Shown: piece by piece, positions 1 through 10,158 of the stretch
Layout of the letters: each line of letters begins with the position of its first letter
Numbering within the stretch: the first letter of the stretch is position 1
Notes under the pieces: model-generated
What the model was told of the DNA's origin: nothing
The model's input: only the letters and a program-made list of their open reading frames with translations
Database searches by the model: none
NCBI GenBank assembly: GCA_051294905.1
Contig: CM119371.1
Location: 2,420,001-2,484,000, forward strand
Length of the DNA: 64,000 nucleotides
From: Botryllus schlosseri
Taxonomy: Eukaryota
Direction of reading: 5' to 3'
Program-made: the position numbers and the translations under genes

Positions 1-1409
1 CCGATGCATCAGGGCAGTTCTTTTCAACAATGAGTCGGAAATTCCATCGTTACGTATGTTAATATCCGACGATTATAGTAATGTTTATTCCAATTACCCC
101 TCACGAATGCCAGCCTAACATACTCGAGTTTATTTTAATATACCGTATTCTATCGGTCAACGTTCCTGTTTACTACCACAAAAAGTGAGAACGTGCCACT
201 TGATGTTTGCTTAATTCCGATTGCCTCAGTCCTAAATTACCCCATAAACTGATTTCGCAGGATTGCCGTAAACGCAACATCTAAAGCTTTTAATTGCCGA
301 TTGCCGTGTACCGTGCACATTATGAGCAAGACGGTGCTCAACTAAAGTAAACATTGTTTGTGATAGCGTTGTATCGAAAATCATGTTGCGTGTTGTTCAC
401 AAGACCTCATATTAAACTTTGGATGGCCAATGATGACGTCGCAAACGCATCCGGCACGACTAGTTCGACGAAAAATTTCGCTTTCGCGAAATTCTGAGCG
501 TTACTGTATCGGTTCACAATACGTTTTATGTCGCAGTTATAAGCGATTCCCTTGCGTACTGGTATGGTTGTGTGCCTTATGTAGTCAAACTAGCAAATAG
601 CTGCTCTGTGATGACTAAAGTGCTGGGTAGTGGGGGGGGGGGGTAGTGCTGGGGCTCTGACACCCTGACTATGGCTCGGTGCTGAATTGAAAATGACTCG
701 ACTCGTATCGAGTCAAAATTATAAAAGTAGAATTAACTTGTGACTCAGGACCTTGTGACTTGGTAAGCACCATGGGACACATCTTACTATTCCAAAGTGC
801 AACAATTATTGAATCCGCCTTGAACGGAAAGTAGGCTACTGCTGATTTCAAAAATAAAAATTATAATTTGATCTGGGCCCTGTAACGCGTCCCAAAATTA
901 CCATGACATTAATAAAAATCGTCATAGTTTAGCAGCGACAAAATGATCACAAAAATCAATGAATGTGGGGTTTCAATTGTTCGCTACAAAGCTTGAATAC
1001 AGGGGTTGTTACCTAGTCACAAGATTCCGAGTCCCAAGGTAATCTTACCGTATAGTTTTGACTCGAATGAGTCGAGTCATTTTCAATTCATCCATGCATT
1101 AAGTCCGAGTCGTTTTGCGGAGGGTCGAGTCCGTGTCCAAGTCATTGCGTTCACAGTTCAGTTTCGAGTTCATGTCATATTCAAACCAAATTTCTACAAC
1201 TTTGCTTGAGTGATATCAAATGCCTCACATTCATTATATGCTGATTTTCATCATTTCTAACAGGTTTTGACCCTAAATTGATGTACGAGTACTGCTAGAC
1301 GAAATATCGATAATAATGCAACTTTACATTTTTGGAAAGTTGCAATGAAATGCAGTATTGGCTGCTAGAGTTTTGAGTCATGTGACTTGGGCATGACTCG
1401 AGTTTACTG

Positions 1410-1907
1410 GAAAAGGCGTGAGCGTATTTTGGAACGAGATCGCCAAACAATCTGTGTCTGCCAGTTGCGTCTTCCTTGGATTTCCTTGCCTCTCCCCCGA
1501 ACGCTGTCTATTCTCGCTTGCCTTTGGCACTTAATCGTTTTTTGTGACTTCCCGCTGCTCGGACTCGCTGTTGAGTTCTCTGCTACGTCGCACTGTTGTC
1601 ACAATCTTTCTATTTTTGGTTTCGTATCATTTATCAATGCTGGCTGTCGTACTGACTTTAATTGAAACGAAAGTATAGTCGTATCTGAGGAATATGTAGA
1701 TATGTTTTCCCCATTCTGCAACCCAGAGTTTTGTAACGTTCTCTGTCTTTTCCTGTGAGCGGCTGAATATTCCGATGACTTTCTGTCAAAACTTGGCGGT
1801 TTGCGTTTGATTTAGTATCATTTTATTCGACGAGTCAATTTCCTGTACTTAGCTTCCGTTTTGTGAGAAACTTCGCTTTACGCTGTTGTTTGAATTCCAA
1901 AACTGCC
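1410..1907 (-). pseudogene. Decayed terminal exon, probably RBM28-like C-terminus (duplicate copy 1)
   Basis: Acceptor cctttcag just before 1907; all frames interrupted; duplicate of 4690-5190; collinear downstream of the RBM28-like exons. Confidence 0.35.
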
Positions 1908-2339
1908 CTGAAAGGTAGGAATCGGTTGATTTGAGCGGGAAAAATAGCCCTATATCACATTAAATTGATATATTTTCTAAAATATTGGGCTAATCACAAT
2001 GATAAAAGGACTCGCATCTGAAATCGGTATTACCTCTACCAATTTGAGTCAACTAGAAAAATTATTCGTCTCCTTACCGATAGGGCTGTGCGAAATCGAG
2101 TAGGCCTACGTGAATGATTCGATACAGAATCACACATTAGGCTTCTAGCCAGGTGGAGTATTAGGGTATCACACATTATGACAAAATAACAGTATTTGAG
2201 ATGTCAAAGTTCATATATATAGGCTACCTTTTTTCTCCTAAAGAATGATTGCACTTGCAGACAAACATATTGATACCTGCTGTCTGTATACCACTTATTC
2301 CAGATATTGTGAGTTGCCGATTAACAGAGCAGCTGTGCT

Positions 2340-2595
2340 ATGATTCATATCTGTATCAAACCATGACTGCATGATGTGCATATGATGCCGCTGGACATTA
2401 AAGGTAAAGTTTTAGGGTTTGAATACTTGCTAAATTTTGCCCCGATTCACTGTGCCATCCCTGAATGTTGAATGTCAAGCGCCAACCTACGCATATCAGT
2501 TTTACTAATCAGTTCTCATTTCTGACACGGTCGGGGATTGAGACACTACATAGCGGCCAAGCACCTGGACGTGCAATCATTATGCTATCTTGTCT
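2340..2595 (-). mobile_element. Diverged tRNA-derived SINE (family B)
   Basis: Shares catga.tgcatgatgtgcatat, gccgctggaca, ttactaatcagttct and gctatcttgtc with the well-preserved copy at 21400-21657. Confidence 0.7.
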
Positions 2596-3699
2596 ATTAG
2601 GAGGTTACGCACCTTTAATTACCTCTCGAGCCGATGCATTAAGGCAGTTCTTTTTAACAATGAGTCGCAAATTCCATCGTTACATATGTTAATATCCAAC
2701 GATTATGGTAATGTTTATTTCAATTACCCCTCACGAATGGCAGCCTAACATACTCGAGTTTATTTTAATACACGGTATTCTATCGGTCAACGTTTCTGTT
2801 TACTACCACAGAAGTCAGAACGTGCCACTGGATGTTTGCTTAATTCTGATTGCCTCAGTCCTAAATTACCCCATAAACGGTTATCGCAGGTTGCCGTAAA
2901 TGCTACATCTAAAGCTTTTTATTGCCGATTGCCGTACACATTATTAGCAAGACGGTGCTCAACTAAAGTAAACATTGTTTGTGATAGCGTTGTATCGAAA
3001 ATCATGTTGCGTGTTGTTCAGAAGACCTCATTTACAACTTTGGATGGCCAATGATGACGTCGCAAACGCATCCTGCACTAGTTTGACGAGAAATTTCGCT
3101 TTCGCGAAATTATGAGCGTTACCGTTATCGGTCCACAACACGTTTTATGTCGCAGTTATAAGCGAAAATCTTGCATACTTGTGCGCCTTATGTGGTCAAG
3201 CCAGCAAATAGCAGCTCTGTGATGGCAAAAGTGCTGGGTAATGCGGGGAGGAGGGGGGGTGGTTGTGGTTGGTAGTGCTGGGGCCAACTATCTATTAATG
3301 AGCAGATATGCGCATAATATCTACGTTCATTTCTTGTCCTGAAAGAAACAAGTGTGCTCCGAGGCCGCTGTGATTTCGATTGAAGCTGTTTTGCTGACAA
3401 TGATCTTACCTGCTACTGACCAAAATACACCACGTCAACTTGCAAACTGTGTTTATTCATCCATACGGGGAAAGGAGGCAGTGTAAGTATATAAGTATAA
3501 GACGACTAAACTACGGAAATATCGTAATAAAGTGATCACACAGTCAGTTATTAAGCAACCAGACGCGACTAGCAATATATGGTAGCTTCGTAAACGGCTA
3601 TGACAGGTTTACAGTTTCTGTGACTAGACTTGACTCGCGTCTGTTTATAAAATATGGTGTGTAACCCGACTCGATTTGCGGCAATTCGTGTATTGACTC

Positions 3700-4690
3700 G
3701 ACTTGCACTCGAGTCAATGAGCCTGACACGACCAAGGCATAAAACTCGAGACTAGGATGTCCAAGACGGGCATTTCATTGTGACTTCGAAGAATAGTAAG
3801 CTACCACCATATAATACTTGAATATCAACCAAACAAAGTTGTAAAAACGTGAGTTGAGCAGGATTGAGCTGGATAATGAACTGCGAACACAATGACTTGG
3901 ACTCAGACTCAAATATCAACACTGTGACTCGACTTAAGCTTTTACACCCTGACTATGGCTCGGTGCTGAATTGAAAATGACTCGACTCGTATCGAGTCAA
4001 AATTATGAAAGTAGAATTAACTTGTGACTCAGGACCTTGTGACTTGGTAAGCACCATGGGACACATCTTACTATTCCAAAGTGCAACAATTATTGAATCC
4101 GCCTTGAACGGAAAGTAGGCTACTGCTGATTTCGAAAATAAAAATTATAATTTGATCTGGGCACTGTAACGCGTCCCAAAATTACCATGACATTAATAAA
4201 AATCGTCATAGTTTAGCAGTGACAAAATGATCACAAAAATCAATGAATGTGGGGTTTCAATTGTTCGCTACAAAGCTCGAATACAGGGGTTGTTACCTAG
4301 TCACAAGATTCCGAGTCCCAAGGTAATCTTACCGTATAGTTTTGACTCGAATGAGTCGAGTCATTTTCAATTCATCCATGCATTAAGTCCGAGTCGTTTT
4401 GCGGAGGGTCGAGTCCGTGTCCAAGTCATTGCGTTCACAGTTCAGTTTCGAGTTCATGTCATATTCAAACCAAATTTCTACAACTTTGCTTGAGTGATAT
4501 CAAATGCCTCACATTCATTATATGCTGATTTTCATCATTTCTAACAGGTTTTGACCCTAAATTGATGTACGAGTACTGCTAGACGAAATATCGATAATAA
4601 TGCAACTTTACATTTTTGGAAAGTTGCAATGAAATGCAGTATTGGCTGCTAGAGTTTTGAGTCATGTGACTTGGGCATGACTCGAGTTTA
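3700..4690. mobile_element. Two partial GACTCGAGTC-rich hAT MITE copies in opposite orientation (also duplicated at 660-775 and 999-1405)
   Basis: Similar to the full-length family member at 26705-27287 (cagggttgt terminus at ~4283; repeated gactcgagtc motifs). Confidence 0.7.
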
Positions 4691-5190
4691 CTGGAAAAGG
4701 CGTGAGCGTATTTTGGAACGAGATCGCCAAACAATCTGTGTCTGCCAGTTGCGTCTTCCTTGGATTTCCTTGCCTCTCCCCCGAACGCTGTCTATTCTCG
4801 CTTGCCTTTGGCACTTAATCGTTTTTTGTGACTTTCCGCTGCTCGGACTCGCTGTTGAGTTTTCTGCTACGTCGCACTTGTACCACAATCTCGCTCTTTT
4901 TGCTTTCGTATCGCTCATCAACGCAGGCTGTCGTACTGACTTTAATTGAAACGGAATTATAGTCGCATCTGAGGAATATGTAGATCGTATTTTTTTCCAT
5001 TCTGGAACCCAGAGTTTTGTGACGTCTGTCTTTTCCCGTGGGCGGCTGAATATTCCGATGACTTTCTTTCAAAACTTGGCGGTTTGCCTTTGATTTAACA
5101 TCGTTTCATTCGACGAGTCAATTTCCTGTACTTAGCTTCCGCTTTGTGAGAAATTTTGCTTTACCCTGTCCTTTGAATTCCAAAACTTCC
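4690..5190 (-). pseudogene. Decayed terminal exon, probably RBM28-like C-terminus (duplicate copy 2)
   Basis: Acceptor ttttag before 5190. Fragments RFN*SQYDSL and MSDTKAKRARLWYK recall the RBM28 C-terminus (RFNQLVEQY...KRSKWF, from memory). Multiple stops and frameshifts. Confidence 0.4.
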
Positions 5191-5364
5191 CTAAAAGGTA
5201 AAAATCGGTTAATTTGAGCGGGAAAAATAGCCCTCGTAACACAGTAACTTGATATATTTTCTATAATATTGGGCTAGTCACAATAATCAAAGGACTCGCA
5301 TCTGAAATCGGTTTTACCTTTACCGATTTGAGTCAACTAGAGAAATTATTCGTCTCTTTACCAA

Positions 5365-5867
5365 TAGGGCTGTGCAACATCTAGTACGTGAGTGATTCGA
5401 TACTGAATCAGACATTAGGCTTCGAGCCCGGTGGAGTATTTGAGTATCACTCATTATGACAAAATAACAGTATTTGAGATGTCAAAGTTCATATATAGGC
5501 CTATACCTTTTATGCTGCTACAAATAATGTCGTGTCGTGTCTGTACTTTGATATTTCATCCACAGCGCCTATCTCATCGCACTTTATGACAATACTTTGG
5601 GTTAATCATGACTTCAGAAATATAGTAATCCCAATAACATTCGTAGCCTTGTACTACACGCTCCGTAGGCTCCGATACGGCCAGTAGAGGTTTCCATGCT
5701 CCCACAGTAAAAAATGCCGTTGAAATTATAATTCTCGTTATTCAATGACTTTTCATTGGCAAGGAGCGCATAATATCAACATTTCGGAAATTTCACTAAT
5801 CGACTCGAATCAATAGATATATTATTCGGAGTAGATTCGAGTATTCGTATCATTGTGTTCAGCCCTA
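5365..5867 (+). mobile_element. hAT-type MITE, TAGGGCTG family
   Basis: Termini TAGGGCTG...CAGCCCTA; same family as 55128-55651 and 61198-61728; TSD degenerate. A truncated copy at 2081-~2230 marks the duplication breakpoint. Confidence 0.8.
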
Positions 5868-6380
5868 CTAACCATTATGTGTTCATTTATTAACTAAACT
5901 TATCGTTTCAATCGCATTTCAACTGTGGAAGCCTTGGAACTGTATTGGTCATTTAGGAGTATACGAAAGCTGTTGTACAAAACTGCGTTGTAAACTCGTA
6001 GCCTTTGCAATGAAATAGGCATGGTCGACAAAAAAACATATCATTTTTACTATGACGTAGAGCCGGCATTATATTCTTTGCGGTTGCATGAAAGGCACAT
6101 ATTTGCACTACCACTGAATACCACAAGGAGATTGTCAGTGGTCATCAACTCTCACAAAACATCATGTTTCCATAACGAGTGGCAGTATCTCGAAATCTAT
6201 TCCGGTGGCCAACAAGTTCTAAATCACATTAAGAACGCATTCTTTCACATATTATTTCAGGCTTCATTGAGTTTAATATGATTGACTGGTATGCAGGATT
6301 GTACAAGCTTCCAATCTCGTTCGTTGACGCCTATGTGTAACCTAACGTCACGAAATATCAGCATCACTTGAAAGTTTTAC

Positions 6381-6627
6381 CAGTTTTCCAATCAAAATTC
6401 TGCTTTTGGCCGCTTGACCAGCCCGAGACTGTCTGGATTGTTACTGAAACTTTTCAAAGTTTTCAAAGCGTACTCAGCACTGCTCAGTGCTCATGCTTGT
6501 TGAAGGTGATGAACGCATTTCCGAGTGGTATTCCGACTCCATCGTCATTGAAATTCTTCACACCTCGCATCATTCATTTTGTGATAACTAAGCCATGTCG
6601 AACTTTTTATTGAGACAGGATAAGTTC
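6381..6627 (-). pseudogene. RBM28: RBM28/Nop4-like pseudo-exon (RRM4), copy A
   Basis: ttttcag acceptor and gtaaaa donor. Translates ELILSQ*KVRHGLVITK*MMRGVKNFNDDGVGIPLGNAFITFNKHEH / EYALKTLKSFSNNPDSLGLVKRPKAEF*LEN, matching RBM28 RRM4 ([44 protein letters not shown], from memory). Three stops and a frameshift. Confidence 0.85.
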
Positions 6628-7819
6628 CTGAAAACATAATGGCATCAGTTTATCGAAGTGCAGACAGAGTAAACCTGTAAGTCAATCGTAAAGAAAAGCT
6701 ATACAGTCGAATCTGCTCATTTCAGACTCTTTTGTTGCTCTCACTGTTGCCTAAATTAATCGGAAAATCAATTGTCCGCTTCATGGTTGAGAACAAAGGA
6801 GTATATCACATTCTAAAATACAGTACTGTTATGGAATAAATTAATTGCAACTGAGCTATACTGCAGTAATTGTCACATATCGCATAAAACACACATTAGT
6901 TATACTTTGAGGTTAGTTGTATAGTAGCACAATGTATTTTGGATACCAAACCATTCCACAAATACTGTATTATTGTGTAACACAGGCATATATAGGTGTC
7001 GAATTGTACTTTTTGACATCCAACCAACTGTGGAACTGTCAAGCAAGCAGTATACTCCATCATTTCATTTTTTATGCTGGACTTCTTTGTACCAATGTTT
7101 TCTACGAAATTAACTGTGACTAGAACTGACACAGCCTTGCACGAGTTCATTGTTGACTGGTACTGCAGTAGTGCAGTAACTGTAATCACTCGATTTGTTA
7201 TAAAACGAGCGAAGTACTGTTTTTTTGTGCCATAAATAAATTGCGACCCGTTCCGTACATTAATTTAGCGATAAATTCGCTGCTATCCTTTTGATATAAC
7301 AGACTTGGACAAGATAATTCTCGTTGTCAAATTATACTACTTAAAATAAATGCTAGTAATCTAATTCGTCTGTTTCGATCCGCAATTTTAATTGTAATCA
7401 AATTTCTGATTTTCCCGAATACGCTACAGGAGAACTGTACCGTGTGAAACGAATCAAGGTTGGTGTACAGACATTTGTCATTCTCATGCTTATCAGATTG
7501 AGTTCTGCTCTGATATGAAGCGAACACCATTCCATGTCCAAGTTTTTGTGAATTGAGTTATTGCAAGTTCAATCTTAAATGGAAAAAAATTAGTAACTAT
7601 ATCTCTAATTTTAATCTAAGTTGGAAAAGAATGTCTAGGTATAACTCTATTCTTATTTGTAGCTATCAATCTAATTCCAATCAAACTTATAAAAGCCAAA
7701 ATGATCTAGTTGTCCAAATCTGGCTCAGAAAATCCCTGGGTCTATCATGTGAAACCCTGTAAGGAACCACTGCTCTAGGGTAATCACTATGTATGATGAT
7801 AGTTGTGAATCTGACATAC

Positions 7820-7973
7820 CTTCCGTTTTTTAACGGTAACATTTCTTTGGAGGATTGCGAACTCAGAGTCTAGTTGTAGAGAAAAAGCCGTTTGGATTCT
7901 TCAATTTGACCCGTTTTGCTTTTCCATCTTTTCACGTTTCTTCCATTCTATTGCGTTTCAACGGCTCTCGATC
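7820..7973 (-). pseudogene. RBM28: RBM28-like pseudo-exon (linker and RRM4 start), copy A
   Basis: tgtgtag acceptor and gtatgt donor. EWKKREKMEK / KRVKLKNPNGFFSTTRL*VRNPPK matches [21 protein letters not shown]. Frameshifts and a stop. Confidence 0.8.
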
Positions 7974-8034
7974 CTACACAGAAAACCACAAGTGGTGAAT
8001 GTAGTCAGCATCGCAATTTTCTACAAGTGTTGAT

Positions 8035-8375
8035 GGGTGCCTTTATTTTGTACATGCAAGCTAATGAAAAGCTAATGCAGCTAATTAAGCTAAGGAAAAG
8101 CTAATTAAGCTAATGAAAGGCTAATTAAGCTAATGAAAAGCTAAGTAAGCTAATGAAAAGCTAATGAAAAGCTAATTAAGCTAATGAAAAAGTAAGCTAA
8201 TGAAAAGTAAGCTAATGAAAAGCTAATGAAGCTAATTAAGCTAATGAAAAGCTAAGTAAGCTAATGAAAAGCTAATGAAAAGCTAATGAAAAAGTAAGCT
8301 AATGAAAAGTAAGCTAACGAAAAGCTAATGAAACCAGCTAATGTAAAAATGAAGCAAGGAAGTAAGTCCAGATTA
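8035..8375 (+). repeat. Left TIR: unique ~24-bp tip plus tandem array of AAGCTAAT(G/T)A(n) / AAGTAAGCTAATG units
   Basis: Directly visible array; reverse complement of 14022-14547. Confidence 0.95.
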
Positions 8376-8540
8376 GTATTTTGCTCATATGATTCTGGAT
8401 GTATCAAATCCGAAATTTTAAATCCGAGTTTAGAATCTGGATATTCGATTCTCAATAGGGATTTTTGAATTATGATTGCAATAGTGCCAATTCAGACCTA
8501 ACTGCACCCTGCAAACTGGAAGATTTGACGGCACCGACAG

Positions 8541-8801
8541 GTTTGTTTTGGGGTGTTCATGGTGTGTCTCGACTACTATGGTCATGGTCATGGTCATTTA
8601 CACCAAGCAATTTTCTACATTTTTATTCCGTAGCGGCCGACTTGTACAACGGCCCACATTCTTGGCTTTTATAAGACACCGCTTACACGGATGAGATGGC
8701 ACCTAGGTCCTAGGAGGAATTCTGGAGTCGACCTCGGTCGGACTCGAACCCACAACCCATTGGTGTTGCAGCTGTGGATTACACCACTACGTTATCTCGC
8801 C
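8541..8801 (-). mobile_element. tRNA-derived SINE (family A) inside the MULE
   Basis: Minus-strand head GGCGAGATAACGTAGTGG (A box) ... GGTTCGAGTCC (B box). Body tccgtgtaagcggtgtc...gggccg..tacaagtcgg is shared with copies at 18715, 62990 and 9600. Confidence 0.8.
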
Positions 8802-9599
8802 ACTACATACAGCGGTGATCTCTGACGAAGTTTTTCTGCCTGCTCGGTGCTAAAGTGCCAGCACGCCTAACATGATAATGTGGCCGGTTATGTTTGCAAA
8901 CTGAATTTGATAGCGTGAACGAACATGAACATTGAACATCAACGACGTTTCAAAGGGAGTTCATTTCTTGATGGTAATTAGTTAGGAAGGCAAGGAGGAT
9001 TTGAAAACAGCATTGTCTCACAAGCTCCAGCATGCCTGCTATCAATCAACGCATCATACAAAACTGGATTAACCCGTTTCGGCACGCGATATGTCTGGTA
9101 AACCGAATTCGCGTGGATATTGGTTGCGGGCTTGACAGTAATTTTTATTTTACAAATAAACTTCACATCATGATCGACAGATTATAATTTAGATTATTGA
9201 TCGTTTTCTTTAGAACTGAATCATTCTGCGCATAATTTCAAAATTGGGAAGACTTCTTTTTCGTTACCTTTGCGAAACCTAAATGACGTACTAGTGAGAC
9301 ATCGGCACCATTGCCATCCTGATAATGAGCAATGAGTAAACTAACGTTGAAAACGTCCGGATATGTACTACTTTGTAATTGCATATATTTGCTGCGCTGA
9401 ATTGGGATATTCACGTATCATTTTTGCTGTATAATATTTCACAGGGAGGGGCAAGGTATAGCCTATCGACTAGCGAGTCGTAACGCATTCACGCTCGTGA
9501 TCTTTTATTATAATATCCGACAAGAATAATGCTTAGCGCGGAATATACTTGACTAGTTCCGCTTTAATTCGCTTGAATATATTCACAGCTCCGCAGCTG

Positions 9600-9835
9600 T
9601 AAAACGAATTGGTTGGGGGTTCGAATCAGGCCCAAGTCGGTTCCAGTATTCCTACCCAAGTGTTTCTGGTTTAGGGTGTGGGCTTGTACTGCTCGTACGA
9701 TCCGCGTAGACGGTGTCTTGCAAAGGCCCCGACCCATAATAGTAGGTGGATCAGGAACCGTAATAACGAATACCAGCCTGGTGTAAAATGACCAATGACC
9801 ATCCTATAGTAGTAGAAACACCATTAATACCAACC
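9600..9835 (+). mobile_element. Diverged family A-like SINE inside the MULE, upstream of the ORF
   Basis: B-box-like GGTTCGAATCA at ~9618; tccgcgtagacggtgtcttgcaaaggccc and gcctggtgtaaaatgacca...tagtagtagaaacacca resemble the family A body and tail. Confidence 0.6.
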
Positions 9836-10158
9836 TACTACGTTAGTGTGACCACTGATAAGTGTGACTAACTGTCTCTAACATTAATTTTGTAATTCAC
9901 ATATCGATACATTTGTACGTGTACTTGAGGTAGAGCTGCAACGTCACCACGTCACCACAGAGTTAACATGTGTTTATCAAAGAACCTGATTGTGACGTCC
10001 CCTCGCTTCAGAAATTGTGCAAAATTTGCAACTTTCCCCGCGCGGCAGCGCTCGTAGCAATCCCATTGGGGTCATCATTTGAGGTAGCGAAGGACAGTGG
10101 AAAGGATAGCAATTCTCATTGTTTTTTCCGCAACAAGGTTGCGTTTTCGTCTTGGATT

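Larger units (their letters stand above)
1..5510. repeat. Tandem segmental duplication (copy 1: <1-~2232; copy 2: 2631-~5510)
   Basis: 1-655 aligns to 2631-3284 and 660-~2232 aligns to 3944-~5510. Segment 3285-3943 is absent from copy 1 and replaced by TCTG. The ORF track shows twin ORFs (1006/4227, 1387/4671). Confidence 0.95.

Noticed and set aside
1006..1665. ORFs duplicated at 1006/4227 and 1387/4671
   Set aside because: They lie in MITE sequence or antisense to a pseudo-exon; their conservation merely reflects the recent duplication.
8055..8345. Telomeric or interstitial telomeric repeat; ORF 8261-8455
   Set aside because: The unit is variable, not a known telomere motif, and is mirrored at 14022-14547 as a TIR; the ORF is a repeat artefact.
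9970..10158. GTG-started N-terminal extension of the transposase ORF
   Set aside because: Eukaryotic context; the first ATG (10159) directly precedes the PHD finger and the extension has no motif, so it is probably 5' UTR.
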